A stretch of 64,000 nt of DNA from an uncultured Desulfobacterales bacterium (GCA_964450535.1 CAYVDE010000001.1:50567-114566); one strand, 5' to 3'; positions 9,228 to 18,902 are shown, counted from the first letter of the stretch. The notes: generated by a model not told the origin, from the letters alone. Numbers and translations: made by a program.

Positions 9228-11015
9228 GTGACCGCTACTATCAAGACCAATACGGCCAAAACGCCCGCACCTGGCGGCGGCCTTGGGGAAGGGATGGCCG
9301 AAGGCTGCCGGAGCGTGGTGATCTGGGCCGATGTCCTGGACCGGATCAATGTCTTTCCTGTGCCCGATGGAGATACCGGAAGGAACCTTGCCACAAGCCT
9401 GGCCCCTCTTCAGCATGACCTAACGGGTAAGGAAGAGCTGAAAACCCGCATCCTTGCATCCGCCCGCGGGAACTCGGGCAACATAGCGGCCCGGTTCTTC
9501 TGCGGCTTCCTGGAGGCCGAGAGCCCCCTGGGCCTTCCCGAGGCCTGTCGAAAAGGACGTGACCTGGCCTATGAGGCCTTAAAAAAACCTAAACAAGGCA
9601 CCATCCTCACCCTTTTCGACGCCCTGGTGGAGGCATTGGACAAGACCCCGCCGGGACAAAACGAGGCATGGGCATTAGGAGTGATCCGTCACCTCGAATC
9701 CGCGACCCTTGCCACACGGAACCAACTGCCCGAACTCAAGGCCGCAGGAGTGGTCGACGCAGGCGCCCTGGGCATGTTCCTCTTTTTCAGGACCTGTTTC
9801 CAGGTAATGACCGGTCGCGGCGATGACCCTGAAACCCTGCCGGCGCCGCTGAAGCCCTTTCTTCACACTGTCGAGATCTGGCGGGCTGATATGAGCGAGG
9901 GGTACTGCCTGGACGCCGTGATAAGATCCGCCGAACGGAACAAAGAGGCTGTCGAGGCCTTGTCTGACCTGGGGGACGACGCCATTGCCACGTCCCGCGG
10001 GGAAGTCCTCAAGGTCCACCTCCACACGAGGGATCGAGGGAGGGCGAGAGAGCAACTCGAGAAGATCGGAGAGGTCGTGGGCTGGGCCTCCGACGACCTG
10101 GCCTTGCAGACACGCCGGTTCGCCCGGCCCGCGATTCGCCAGGCCCTTCACATAGTCACGGACGCCGCCGGATCCATAGAGCGCCATCAGGCTTTGGGTC
10201 TTGGAATCACTCTGCTGGACAGCTACATTCTGATAGGTGATGAGAGCCTGCCTGAGACCTGCGTGGCCCCTGAGCATCTCATCTCGGCCATGCAGGCCGG
10301 GACCAAGGTGTCTACGTCCCAGGCCTCGACATGGGAACGGGGACGGGCCTATGCAAAGATCCTGGACCTGCATTCCCGAGCGCTCTACATGACCGTGGGC
10401 TCGTTTTACACGGGCAATCACGAGGCCGCAGTCGACTGGAAAGCCGACCATGACCCGGAGGACCGTCTCATTCTTCTGGATTCCGGGGTGGCCTCGGGCC
10501 ACCTGGGCCTTTCGGCCATGGCCGCGGCAAGGTTTTCCATGGTCGGAGGAGACCCGGAAGAGGTCGTGGGGTTCGCCCGCAAGGCCGTTGGCGCGTGCGG
10601 GGAGGTCCTGTTTTTGGACAAGCTCCAGTTCGTGGCGGCCGGCGGAAGGATGTCCAAGACAAGCGCCTTTTTCGGGGACATGCTCAACCTGAAGCCGGCG
10701 GTCAAGCCCACGCCGAAAGGGGCTGAGAAGGTGGCGGTCCTGAGGAACCGCAAGGACCAAATCGGCCTGGCCCTGAAGACCCTGGACAAAGGGCTCGCTC
10801 CAGGCAAAACGGCCGTCGTCATGGTGGAGCACACGAACAACCGTGAGTGGGTTGAATCCGAGTTGATCCCCATGATTAGAGGAAGATTTCCAGCGGCCTT
10901 TGTCTTTGCCCAGCAGATCTCGCTAACATCGGCCGCTCACATGGGACCCGGATCATGGGGAGTCGCTTTTCTGCAAGTGCCCGAACTTGAGCGAATGGAG
11001 CCCTTTTTCCCGTGA
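9228..11015 (+). CDS. DAK2 (FakA N-domain-like) fused to a DegV/FakB-like fatty-acid-binding domain
   Basis: DAK2: NVFPVPDGDTGRN and ARGNSGN. DegV: HIVTDAAGS, STSQAS, LDSGVASGHLG, AGGRMSKTSAFFGDMLNLKPAV, AAHMGPGSWGVAF. GTG start with RBS CAGGAGG. Confidence 0.75.
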   Translation: MTATIKTNTAKTPAPGGGLGEGMAEGCRSVVIWADVLDRINVFPVPDGDTGRNLATSLAPLQHDLTGKEELKTRILASARGNSGNIAARFFCGFLEAESPLGLPEACRKGRDLAYEALKKPKQGTILTLFDALVEALDKTPPGQNEAWALGVIRHLESATLATRNQLPELKAAGVVDAGALGMFLFFRTCFQVMTGRGDDPETLPAPLKPFLHTVEIWRADMSEGYCLDAVIRSAERNKEAVEALSDLGDDAIATSRGEVLKVHLHTRDRGRAREQLEKIGEVVGWASDDLALQTRRFARPAIRQALHIVTDAAGSIERHQALGLGITLLDSYILIGDESLPETCVAPEHLISAMQAGTKVSTSQASTWERGRAYAKILDLHSRALYMTVGSFYTGNHEAAVDWKADHDPEDRLILLDSGVASGHLGLSAMAAARFSMVGGDPEEVVGFARKAVGACGEVLFLDKLQFVAAGGRMSKTSAFFGDMLNLKPAVKPTPKGAEKVAVLRNRKDQIGLALKTLDKGLAPGKTAVVMVEHTNNREWVESELIPMIRGRFPAAFVFAQQISLTSAAHMGPGSWGVAFLQVPELERMEPFFP

Positions 11016-11767
11016 CGGACAAGACCATAAGGGCCCTCAAGGGACTGGGCATGGCCTTTATGTTCGGGACCTTCGGCCTGGGGATCTCAGTGTTCCTGTT
11101 CGGGGTGATTCCCGTGTCGTGGGTGTTGAACCGCGTTGCAGGGGAGAAACCCAGGGTGGAGAGGGCCGCACGTGTGGGGTTCGGGTGGTGGCTGGAATTC
11201 ATGGGCGTGCTGGGCCTGGTTCGGAGCGTTCCGTCCCGCGGTGTTGTCTTGCCCGGCCCTTGCGTTGTCGTGGCGAATCACCCCGGACTCTTCGACGTCC
11301 TGTTCCTGATAAGGGACATCCCGTCACTCTCGGTCCTGGTCAAGACCGGGCTGGCCAGGAAACTTCCTCTCGGCCCGGTGCTGAAGGCGCTCGAGTATGT
11401 GCTCGTACCGGATTATGACCACGTCAATCCACTGGACACAGCAGAGGAGACTCTCGAAAAAATCCAAAAGGGCCGTAAGGTGCTCCTGTTTCCGGAAGGC
11501 ACGCGTTCACCCTCCGGCTCGCTCCGGACCTTCCGGACCGGGGCCTTCAAGATCGCCCGCATGACCGGAGTCCCCATTCAGCCCGTGCTTGTTCGGAACA
11601 CCCCGCCCTTTATGCCCAAGGAAGAACCCTGGTACCTGCCTCCCCGGCGGACATCATTGCTGGAGTTGGAGTTCTGGGAACCCCTGCCTCCTCCGAAAAA
11701 GGGGGAGGAGCGGGACTTCGCCCGCCGCCTGGAGCAACGCTACCGGGAGGCGCTGGGGTCCGCCTGA
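11012..11767 (+). CDS. 1-acyl-sn-glycerol-3-phosphate acyltransferase family (PlsC-like)
   Basis: HX4D motif ANHPGLFD and FPEGTRS. The GTG start overlaps the upstream stop (GTGA). Confidence 0.85.
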   Translation: MTDKTIRALKGLGMAFMFGTFGLGISVFLFGVIPVSWVLNRVAGEKPRVERAARVGFGWWLEFMGVLGLVRSVPSRGVVLPGPCVVVANHPGLFDVLFLIRDIPSLSVLVKTGLARKLPLGPVLKALEYVLVPDYDHVNPLDTAEETLEKIQKGRKVLLFPEGTRSPSGSLRTFRTGAFKIARMTGVPIQPVLVRNTPPFMPKEEPWYLPPRRTSLLELEFWEPLPPPKKGEERDFARRLEQRYREALGSA

Positions 11768-13035
11768 GCCCCTGATGCCGTCTTTTTCCTGAACACCCTC
11801 TTCGCCCTGGGATTGTGACGCCGATAGGTCCCGTCCAGCATCTCCTTCTCGATCACTTTCATGAAGAGGTCCCCCATGCGGACCTCGTAAGGCCGTTCGG
11901 CGTAAAAGGTGTCCCAGGCATAATGAAACAGCTCTTCCAGTTTCTCCGGGCTCATGAGCCTGGGCTGGTACACCACTTTGTCGGCGGTGTAGTCAAGCCA
12001 GTTGTTGTTGAAAATGCGCCCTTCCTTCAACAGTTGCTCGCGGATCGGGGAGTGGGGAAACGGCGTCAGTATGGTGAACTCGGCCACGTCCAGGTCGATT
12101 TCAAAAAGGAAATCGATGAGACGCTTGAGGTAGTCTTCGTCGTGATAATCCAGACCCATCAGGATGGTCCCCTCCACTGAGATCCCGTGATCCTTGAGTC
12201 TTTGAATCCGCCGTCGCATGGCGTCGGTCATCTCGAAGATAGCCTGGTACACGTACCAGCAGCCCGCATCCGCGGCCAGCCTGAGTATCTCGTCATTGGA
12301 GAGCAGAGGATGCGACACCCACTTTTTCTTGAGGGGAATCATGGCTGTGAACAGCTCCCTGAGCCAGCGCTTGTCGTTGGCCAGGGAGTTGTCCACAATG
12401 AAGAGCCGGTTGTTGGGAATGGACTCCATCTCCTCGATGACCTTGTCAATGGGGCGGGGCCTGAACTTCCGGCCGCCCAGGAAAGCCACACAGCAAGGAT
12501 CGCAGTTGAACCTGCATCCCCTGGACGCGTGCACCAGGTCGAGCATCTGGACGCCCCGGTAGTTGTACAGGTCGCGGTCCAGGATATCCCGGCGGGCGGT
12601 CCCCACCAGCCGGATGTCGGGCATCTCCGCCGGGTAGTCATAGACCGGCTTCAGGCAGCCGGCGTCGAGGTCCTTCATTACCTCCTGAAACCGGCCTTCC
12701 ACCTCTCCCAGAAAGACGGAGTCGGCATGCAGGGCAACCTCCTCCGCGTGCAGCATGGTGGCGATCCCTCCGAAGATCACGGGGACCCCCATGGACCGGT
12801 ACGTGCCGGCCAGTTCGAACGCCCTCGGAAGCTGGCAGGTAAGCATCACGGAAAAGGCCGCCAGATCGAAAGAAGGGTCGAAAGTCATCTCCTCGAGATC
12901 CTCGTCCGTGAAGACGATTTCCACGTCATCGGGGACCTCCGCGGCGAATACCACGGGCCCGTGCGGGGGCAGGTGGAACTCCCTCTGCCTCTCGAGCTTC
13001 GGCCAACTTGGATATATCAGGTGCATCTTCTTCAT
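11740..13035 (-). CDS. B12-binding-domain radical SAM enzyme
   Basis: CX3CX2C cluster ASRGCRFNCDPCC, preceded by a B12-binding-like Rossmann region (VIFGGIATMLH). ATG 13035 overlaps the thioesterase stop (ATGA). Confidence 0.85.
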   Translation of the reverse strand: MKKMHLIYPSWPKLERQREFHLPPHGPVVFAAEVPDDVEIVFTDEDLEEMTFDPSFDLAAFSVMLTCQLPRAFELAGTYRSMGVPVIFGGIATMLHAEEVALHADSVFLGEVEGRFQEVMKDLDAGCLKPVYDYPAEMPDIRLVGTARRDILDRDLYNYRGVQMLDLVHASRGCRFNCDPCCVAFLGGRKFRPRPIDKVIEEMESIPNNRLFIVDNSLANDKRWLRELFTAMIPLKKKWVSHPLLSNDEILRLAADAGCWYVYQAIFEMTDAMRRRIQRLKDHGISVEGTILMGLDYHDEDYLKRLIDFLFEIDLDVAEFTILTPFPHSPIREQLLKEGRIFNNNWLDYTADKVVYQPRLMSPEKLEELFHYAWDTFYAERPYEVRMGDLFMKVIEKEMLDGTYRRHNPRAKRVFRKKTASGAQADPSASR

Positions 13036-13499
13036 GGTTTCATTAATTCCCCTTCCCTCCATCGCCTGAGAAAGTCCTCGAAAAACGGTGGAGGAAACAT
13101 GCACAGGTTGCGGTCCATGTCCAGCATCATCTGGACGGTGTATCCGGTGGTGGCCACCGCACCCTCTTGGTCACGGATGACGAAGGAATGGTTGATCCGC
13201 GCCGCCTCCGAGTAGTGAAGGGACGCCTCCACAACAACCTCCTCTTTGAGCTGAAGCGGTCTTTGGAAGTCCGTGTGCAGCCGCTTTATAGGCACTAAAA
13301 TGCCGTTATTGTAAAAATCCATGTACCCGATGCCGTGGCTCTCCCCCAGGGCGTCCCTGGCCTCCTCGAAATAACCGGCGTACCTGCCGTGCCACACAAT
13401 GCCTATGGAATCGACCTCTTCGAAACGCACCTTTCGACGAATCTCGGCACGAAGAGGCGGAGGGTCCCCCTCTCGCATGTGAAAGTATGGCTTCATCAT
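13032..13499 (-). CDS. 4HBT/YbgC-type hotdog thioesterase (ApeK-like)
   Basis: VRFEEVDSIGIVWHGRYAGYFEEAR. Start trimmed to MMKPYF at 13499, which overlaps the dehydratase stop (ATGA). Confidence 0.8.
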   Translation of the reverse strand: MMKPYFHMREGDPPPLRAEIRRKVRFEEVDSIGIVWHGRYAGYFEEARDALGESHGIGYMDFYNNGILVPIKRLHTDFQRPLQLKEEVVVEASLHYSEAARINHSFVIRDQEGAVATTGYTVQMMLDMDRNLCMFPPPFFEDFLRRWREGELMKP

Positions 13500-13885
13500 G
13501 GGTCGCCTTCCTCGATACCAGGGGTGAGAGTGAACGAAGACGCAGGTTCCCCTCGTGCGAACACCCGGGCCTCTATTCCCGTTCCCCCCTCCAACTCCTT
13601 CATCACACAACGGATCTCGACTTCATCGCCGGGCCCTATGGGAAGAGTGAACTTGGCTTTGTCCACCGAAACGGTCGCATCGCCCAAGCCTTGCCAGACC
13701 TCCCCGGCCACTTGCATGGCGGCCATTATCTGCACCACTGCGGGCAGAAGGGGCCGCCCGGGAAAGTGTCCCCTGAATCCGGCGAAGCCTTCATCAAAGC
13801 GATATCGTCCCACGGCCGCGCCTGTTTCGTCCAGAAAAGGCTTTGAAACAACGGCCGATCGAACGGCCTGTCTCAGCTTCTCCAT
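13496..13885 (-). CDS. FabZ-like hotdog dehydratase (ApeI-like)
   Basis: FRGHFPGRPLLPAVVQIMAAMQ resembles the FabZ active-site region. 129 aa. Confidence 0.7.
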   Translation of the reverse strand: MEKLRQAVRSAVVSKPFLDETGAAVGRYRFDEGFAGFRGHFPGRPLLPAVVQIMAAMQVAGEVWQGLGDATVSVDKAKFTLPIGPGDEVEIRCVMKELEGGTGIEARVFARGEPASSFTLTPGIEEGDP

Positions 13886-13889
13886 GAGT

Positions 13890-16283
13890 TCACTTCCCGA
13901 GCCCGCTCTGAAAGGCCGGAATCACCAGCAGGGCCGATGGCACGGCCGCGCCAATACCCAAAAGCACGGTGACTCCTATGGTGTGGAGGGCCGGGTGCCC
14001 GGCCAGGACCAGGGCGCCGAATGCGGCCAGGGTCGTCAGCCCGGACACCAGCACCGCCTTTTCCGTTCCAAGCCCGCCTTCTCCGTTCTTGTGCATAACC
14101 ATGAAGACACCATAGTCCACTCCGAGACCTATAATCAAGACCGCCGCCACCATGCTGAAAACATTCAGGGGAATTCCCAGCAAGGCCATTCCGCCCATGG
14201 CCGCTACAAGGCCTGTACACACCGGGACCAGGGCCGCGCCCATTCGAAACACGCTGCAAAGAAGGATCCCGAGCAGCACGAGGACCATAACGGCCGCGCC
14301 CAGGATGAATAAGAGAAAATCGCGTCCCAGGGCGAGGCTTATCATGTCCCCGAATACGGACGGTGAGATGACACCGATCCGGGGCATGTCGCGGAACACC
14401 TCGGTCAGCTGGGTTTTCAGGTCCGGAGAATCGGGTACCAGGCTTACGACTTTGACGCCCCCATCAGATTGCAGCACAAAGCCTTCCATGATCTCTTCCA
14501 GCCCCGCACCGGCCAGGTCCTCTGCTCCCACTTCATCCGCTCCAGAAACGATCCACTTAAAGAACGGGGCGAACGCGCCCTTTGAAAAACCCAGGTCCGC
14601 ACCCGCCTCCTGCAAGGCCGCCCGGATCTGCGAGACCCGGGGTTCCGACCAGAACGCGGCCCAGCGTCGCCGGTTTTCCTCTTGCTTCAAAGGGGAAGGC
14701 AGCAGAGGGGCCAGGCTCATTATATCGGAGGCCGGCACTACGGTCTTCAGCCTCTCATACACCAGGTCATTCACCGGAAGGGCCGAGTCAAGGTCCTCGC
14801 CCTCGGCTACAACGAGCGCCCTTCCCAGAAGCCCTCCCCAGTTCCGGGTCAAGCGGTCTTCCTGTTCCCTGATTTCCGCCGGGGCCTTGCTCATCTTGCG
14901 GAGGTCCCCTTCAAACTCCAGTCCGGCGGCCTGCCATCCCATAAAGACAAGGACCCCCGCCCAGACCCATACGATCCACCGGGGCCGGCGGCCAATAGGC
15001 ATGGAAGCCCGGGCCGTGTCTTTCCGGAGAGGACGGATCCCCTGGGGAAGCACGATCAATGAGATGATCAGGGCGCAGGCCATGCCGATCAGGGAAAACA
15101 CTCCAAGCTGCCGCTGAGCCGGAATGGTGCTGAGCAGGAGCACGCTGAAGGCCGCCATGCTGGTCAGCCCTGCGAAGAGGACCGGGACTCCTACCCGGCC
15201 CGTGATCTCCGCGGCCCGGCCCCTTCCTGCCCGGCGAAGGGCGAAGTAGACGTGGATCCCGAAATCGATTGAAATACCCAGCAGCACTGCCCCGAAACCG
15301 AGAGTGACGGCGGAAACAGGCTTATAAATCAGAGAGGTTCCAGCAACGGCCACAAGAAGCGTGGAAGCGGGGACCAGCAGGATGAAGAGCCCGTTCACGG
15401 ACCGGACGAAAACCAAAAACAGGAGGATCAGGGCGACCGAGGAGAGGGAAAGGACCAGGAACAGGTCCCTGCGCACAGTATCGGCATTTGCCACGCTATA
15501 CAGGTGCCCGCTGTAGAGGGAGGCCGTCATCTGAGGCGGAAGATCCCCGGCCAGTCTCCGGAAACCGTCAATCAGCGCCTTCCCTCCTTCCGGATCGGTC
15601 ATGGGCACCTCCGTCTCGGCGATGATAAGCGTGTTGCGGCCGTCCCTGCTGACAAAGTGCCCGTCCGTGATGCGGACATCCGGTATCGGGCTCACGGCCC
15701 GCATTTTCTCGAAGGCGATAAGTCTAAGTCCCAGGGGGTCCCGGCTCTCCATCATCCTGCCTCCCCATCCTTCAGGGGAGGCCAGGCCGCGCAGAATCCC
15801 CTCGAGCCTGGCCCTCACCCGATCCGGATCCAGTAACTCGAGCGCGCGCAACCGGTCTTTCTCCGTGAAAAGGCTGGGCAACGCGTCCATCAGAAAATCA
15901 GGCAGCCCTTCTCCCCCTTCCACCGGGGGACCGGTCATCACCCGGGTGAACAGGGGCGGCTTCATAGCACCTGCCAGGCTGTCCGCCGCCCTTACAAGGG
16001 CCCCGATCGGAACCTCCTGTTCGGCGCTCACCTGAATGAGGAGCTTGCCTGAAAGAGGCGACTCCTGAAGGAACCTGAAATGCCTTGCCGCCTCGGAGGG
16101 TTCCTCGGGGATCATGGAGCGAATGTCTTCATCGACCCTCATGGCCTGAAGAGCCGCCAGAGAAGCAATCCAGAGGAAGAGCACAAGGGCCGCCAAGATA
16201 CGGCGGCGCGTGGTGAAGAAAACGAAGAGGAAGGAGAAAAGGGAGGAGGTCTTGAGGTGTCGAGGTGTTGAGGTTCTAATCAC
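13890..16283 (-). CDS. MMPL/RND-superfamily predicted exporter (ApeM-like)
   Basis: About 800 aa with two blocks of multiple TM helices separated by large soluble loops. The start is uncertain: GTG 16283 is proposed, while the ORF opens at 16370 inside the LolA-like gene. Confidence 0.8.
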   Translation of the reverse strand: MIRTSTPRHLKTSSLFSFLFVFFTTRRRILAALVLFLWIASLAALQAMRVDEDIRSMIPEEPSEAARHFRFLQESPLSGKLLIQVSAEQEVPIGALVRAADSLAGAMKPPLFTRVMTGPPVEGGEGLPDFLMDALPSLFTEKDRLRALELLDPDRVRARLEGILRGLASPEGWGGRMMESRDPLGLRLIAFEKMRAVSPIPDVRITDGHFVSRDGRNTLIIAETEVPMTDPEGGKALIDGFRRLAGDLPPQMTASLYSGHLYSVANADTVRRDLFLVLSLSSVALILLFLVFVRSVNGLFILLVPASTLLVAVAGTSLIYKPVSAVTLGFGAVLLGISIDFGIHVYFALRRAGRGRAAEITGRVGVPVLFAGLTSMAAFSVLLLSTIPAQRQLGVFSLIGMACALIISLIVLPQGIRPLRKDTARASMPIGRRPRWIVWVWAGVLVFMGWQAAGLEFEGDLRKMSKAPAEIREQEDRLTRNWGGLLGRALVVAEGEDLDSALPVNDLVYERLKTVVPASDIMSLAPLLPSPLKQEENRRRWAAFWSEPRVSQIRAALQEAGADLGFSKGAFAPFFKWIVSGADEVGAEDLAGAGLEEIMEGFVLQSDGGVKVVSLVPDSPDLKTQLTEVFRDMPRIGVISPSVFGDMISLALGRDFLLFILGAAVMVLVLLGILLCSVFRMGAALVPVCTGLVAAMGGMALLGIPLNVFSMVAAVLIIGLGVDYGVFMVMHKNGEGGLGTEKAVLVSGLTTLAAFGALVLAGHPALHTIGVTVLLGIGAAVPSALLVIPAFQSGLGK
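16252..16275. repeat. 3 x TYGAGGTG octamer
   Basis: ttgaggtg tcgaggtg ttgaggtt, at the LolA-like/MMPL junction. Confidence 0.7.
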
Positions 16284-16926
16284 TTTGGACCCGGACGTTT
16301 GAAAAGGTGATGACCATGCGGTCCCCGTTCGTTTCGCGGATCTCGATCGATTCCAGGTGATCCAAATCACGGGAAAAAGTCACGAGCATACGGTCCAGGC
16401 GTTCAGCCGCGGCCTCGGACCTGGGTTCCAGTTCCAATCGGATTGGCGAGCGGCTCAGAACGGACATTTCGAACCTCTCACCAAGCCAGTCAAAGTCCGC
16501 CCGGACCCATGCCAGGAGCTGCTCCATGAAGTGCCTGATGCCCGTCTCGGCACCGGGCGGCGCTCCTTCTTTTGAATCACCCGAGCCCCGCCAGGTCCTG
16601 AGTCGATCCCCTTCCGCTGAAAAGCCGAACCGCTCCGGCGAGAGGACCTCCCAGTGAACAAAACCCGGGGCCTCGTAACGAAAGAGCCCGCTGGAACGAA
16701 GCGGTTCTTCCAGCATGCCCGTGTGGCTCTCCTGGATAAACTCGCTCTCAATGGCGACGATCCCGCTGAAGGCATCGGATATACGTCTCAGGACATCTTC
16801 ATCGGACCCTGACTCGATCCCTGCGGAAGCGAAACGATCTTGAACCCACAAGGGGCCGGTGGCAATCAAAACCAATGCGATAAGGAGGGCCGGACAGACT
16901 TTCATTTCGAGGACGCCCCTGGTCAT
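16276..16926 (-). CDS. LolA-like outer-membrane lipoprotein carrier protein (ApeL-like)
   Basis: Signal peptide MKVCPALLIALVLIA and a LolA-like FIQESHTGMLEEPLRSSGLFRYEAPGFVHWEV. ATG 16926 overlaps the upstream stop (ATGA). Confidence 0.65.
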   Translation of the reverse strand: MTRGVLEMKVCPALLIALVLIATGPLWVQDRFASAGIESGSDEDVLRRISDAFSGIVAIESEFIQESHTGMLEEPLRSSGLFRYEAPGFVHWEVLSPERFGFSAEGDRLRTWRGSGDSKEGAPPGAETGIRHFMEQLLAWVRADFDWLGERFEMSVLSRSPIRLELEPRSEAAAERLDRMLVTFSRDLDHLESIEIRETNGDRMVITFSNVRVQSD

Positions 16927-17384
16927 GACGGGCTCCAGACCTTTATTTCGGCCCATGCTATATCTCTCCCTGACCGTGCCACGGCCCCCTGTGCCACGGA
17001 AAAGTCTCCAAACGATTTCTCGGTTCCGACGGTCACGACCAGTCGATCCCCGGCAGAGGCGCTTCCAGCCGTCCTCCCCTTTTTGATTCCAACCAGGTAC
17101 CCGCCGCGCACCGGCCGGCCGTTTATGAGGTTTTCGTAGCCTTTTACGGCGGCATAGGCCTGGGCTATCATTTCGAAGAAGGCCGGCGGGTCCACTCTGC
17201 CCTTTTCCGTCAGGATAAACCCGTCCTCACCAACCACGGCCTCCACAACCCCGCGGCCCGCCACAGGATCGCACTTCATGAGCCGGTCCACCAGACGCAT
17301 GGGCGGCCTGTGGGGTATTATCCTGTCCGCCGAAATTGGAAGACAGCTTACCAGCCGCATTTCTCCCTCAACAGCTATAATCAC
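16923..17384 (-). CDS. FabA/FabZ-like hotdog dehydratase (ApeP-like)
   Basis: IIPHRPPMRLVDRL motif. 153 aa. The start overlaps the ACP stop (ATGA). Confidence 0.7.
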   Translation of the reverse strand: MIIAVEGEMRLVSCLPISADRIIPHRPPMRLVDRLMKCDPVAGRGVVEAVVGEDGFILTEKGRVDPPAFFEMIAQAYAAVKGYENLINGRPVRGGYLVGIKKGRTAGSASAGDRLVVTVGTEKSFGDFSVAQGAVARSGRDIAWAEIKVWSPS

Positions 17385-17641
17385 AACATCCCCAACTCCT
17401 TCGCTTTATTGATCACAAACCGGTGTATGTCTTCAAGTGTGCGGATCTTCCGTATCTCCTCTTCGTCCCTGATCTTTATCTTGAAGGCATGTTCAAGGGC
17501 GATCACCATGTCCACCATGTCCAGGCTGTCGAGGCCCAGGTCATCGAACAGCGTGGCCTCGGGCACCATATCCGCCCTATCCAGCTCGAATTCCTCAGCC
17601 AGAGACGCATCGACACGTTCGATGATCTCCTGCTCAGTCAT
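17381..17641 (-). CDS. acyl carrier protein
   Basis: LGLDSLDMVDMVIALE phosphopantetheine site. 86 aa. Confidence 0.9.
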   Translation of the reverse strand: MTEQEIIERVDASLAEEFELDRADMVPEATLFDDLGLDSLDMVDMVIALEHAFKIKIRDEEEIRKIRTLEDIHRFVINKAKELGML

Positions 17642-18869
17642 GCTCCATTCTCCGTAATACGATCGATGAGTTTACCCCGCCGAAAGCAAAGTTGTTTTTA
17701 ATGGCCCAGGTCGTATCCTGGTACTCCACGGTTGTTATATGCCGAATGCCCTCACACTCAGGGGCGACGTTTTCGAGATTCAGGGTCGGAGGAATGCATC
17801 CCCGGTTCATGAGCTCGATCAATGCCACAATCTCGAGCGCTCCGCTTGCGGCCATGGTGTGCCCCATGTGTCCCTTCAGGCTGCTCACCGCCGTTAGAGG
17901 GCCGAACACGCGGGAAACCGCGTCGCGCTCCGCCCGGTCTCCCTGGTCGGTGCCGGTGGCGTGGGCGTTGATATAGTCGATCCTGTCGGGAGTCACCCCG
18001 GCGTCTTCCAGTGCCTTGCGCATGCAGATCTCCATGAAATCCGCGCTGGGATTGACCATGTTGGTGGTGTCGGACACGCTGGAAAAACCCGCCACTTCGG
18101 CCAGTACCGGGACGCCGCGCCGCCTGGCCGAGTCCAGCGATTCCAGGATCACAATTCCGCAACCGTCAGCGCACACCACCCCGTCCCGGTCCCGGTCAAA
18201 GGGACGCGGCGTCCTTTCGGGGTGCAGGTTGAAAGCCCTGGATGATGCGTTCATGATATCGAAAGTCGCCGTGATCAGAGGGTGATACTCCTCGGCCCCG
18301 CCGCAGACCATGATCTCCTGCCGGCCGAAAGCGACCATCTCGGCCCCATAACCTATTGTCTGGCAACTGGTGGAGCACGCAGAGGACGCGGCAAGGACCC
18401 GCCCGGTAATTCCCAGGGCGTGGCTCACATTGGCCGCGCAGGAGTGATTCATGATCTTGAAAAAACCCGTGGAGCGCATCTTTTCCAGGCTGTTGAAGTT
18501 GAAAAAATCCGAATAGGACTGCTGCGTGCTTATGGTGCTGCCCACACTGGAACCGATCGCGACTCCCATGTCTCCGCCGGCGCATTGCTCTCTGTCCAGA
18601 CCTGCCTGAAGCAATGCTTCTTCGGTGGCAAGGGTGGCGTACACGGACATGGGGGACATGGTGCGCCGGTGTTTCCTGGGAATTACCTTCGGATCGATCC
18701 CTTCCACAGGGGCCGCAACGAGACTTCCCAGGCCCTCGTAATGCTCCAGCTCCGGCACGCGACGAACTCCGCTCTTTCCGCCGATAATTGATTCCGCCAG
18801 GGTCCCCACGCCCAACCCGAAAGGTGAAACGGCACCCATGCCGGTGATGGCCACCCGCCTTCTTTCCAC
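17634..18869 (-). CDS. beta-ketoacyl-ACP synthase (KAS I/II type)
   Basis: Catalytic Cys in AASSACSTS. Catalytic His residues in NAHATGT and GHMGHTMAASG. Confidence 0.9.
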   Translation of the reverse strand: MERRRVAITGMGAVSPFGLGVGTLAESIIGGKSGVRRVPELEHYEGLGSLVAAPVEGIDPKVIPRKHRRTMSPMSVYATLATEEALLQAGLDREQCAGGDMGVAIGSSVGSTISTQQSYSDFFNFNSLEKMRSTGFFKIMNHSCAANVSHALGITGRVLAASSACSTSCQTIGYGAEMVAFGRQEIMVCGGAEEYHPLITATFDIMNASSRAFNLHPERTPRPFDRDRDGVVCADGCGIVILESLDSARRRGVPVLAEVAGFSSVSDTTNMVNPSADFMEICMRKALEDAGVTPDRIDYINAHATGTDQGDRAERDAVSRVFGPLTAVSSLKGHMGHTMAASGALEIVALIELMNRGCIPPTLNLENVAPECEGIRHITTVEYQDTTWAIKNNFAFGGVNSSIVLRRMEHD

Positions 18870-18902
18870 GCGTATCTTTCCTCCAGGCCGAATTGCAGAA
18901 AA

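Noticed and set aside
9675-10832. 385-aa minus-strand ORF
   Set aside because: Antisense to the DAK2-DegV gene, whose motifs are clear. The composition is biased and there is no motif.
12187-13215. 342-aa plus-strand ORF
   Set aside because: Antisense to the radical SAM and thioesterase genes. It has no motif and no RBS.
14152-15117. 321-aa plus-strand ORF inside the MMPL gene
   Set aside because: Antisense shadow ORF, Ser/Arg/Pro-rich, with no domain.
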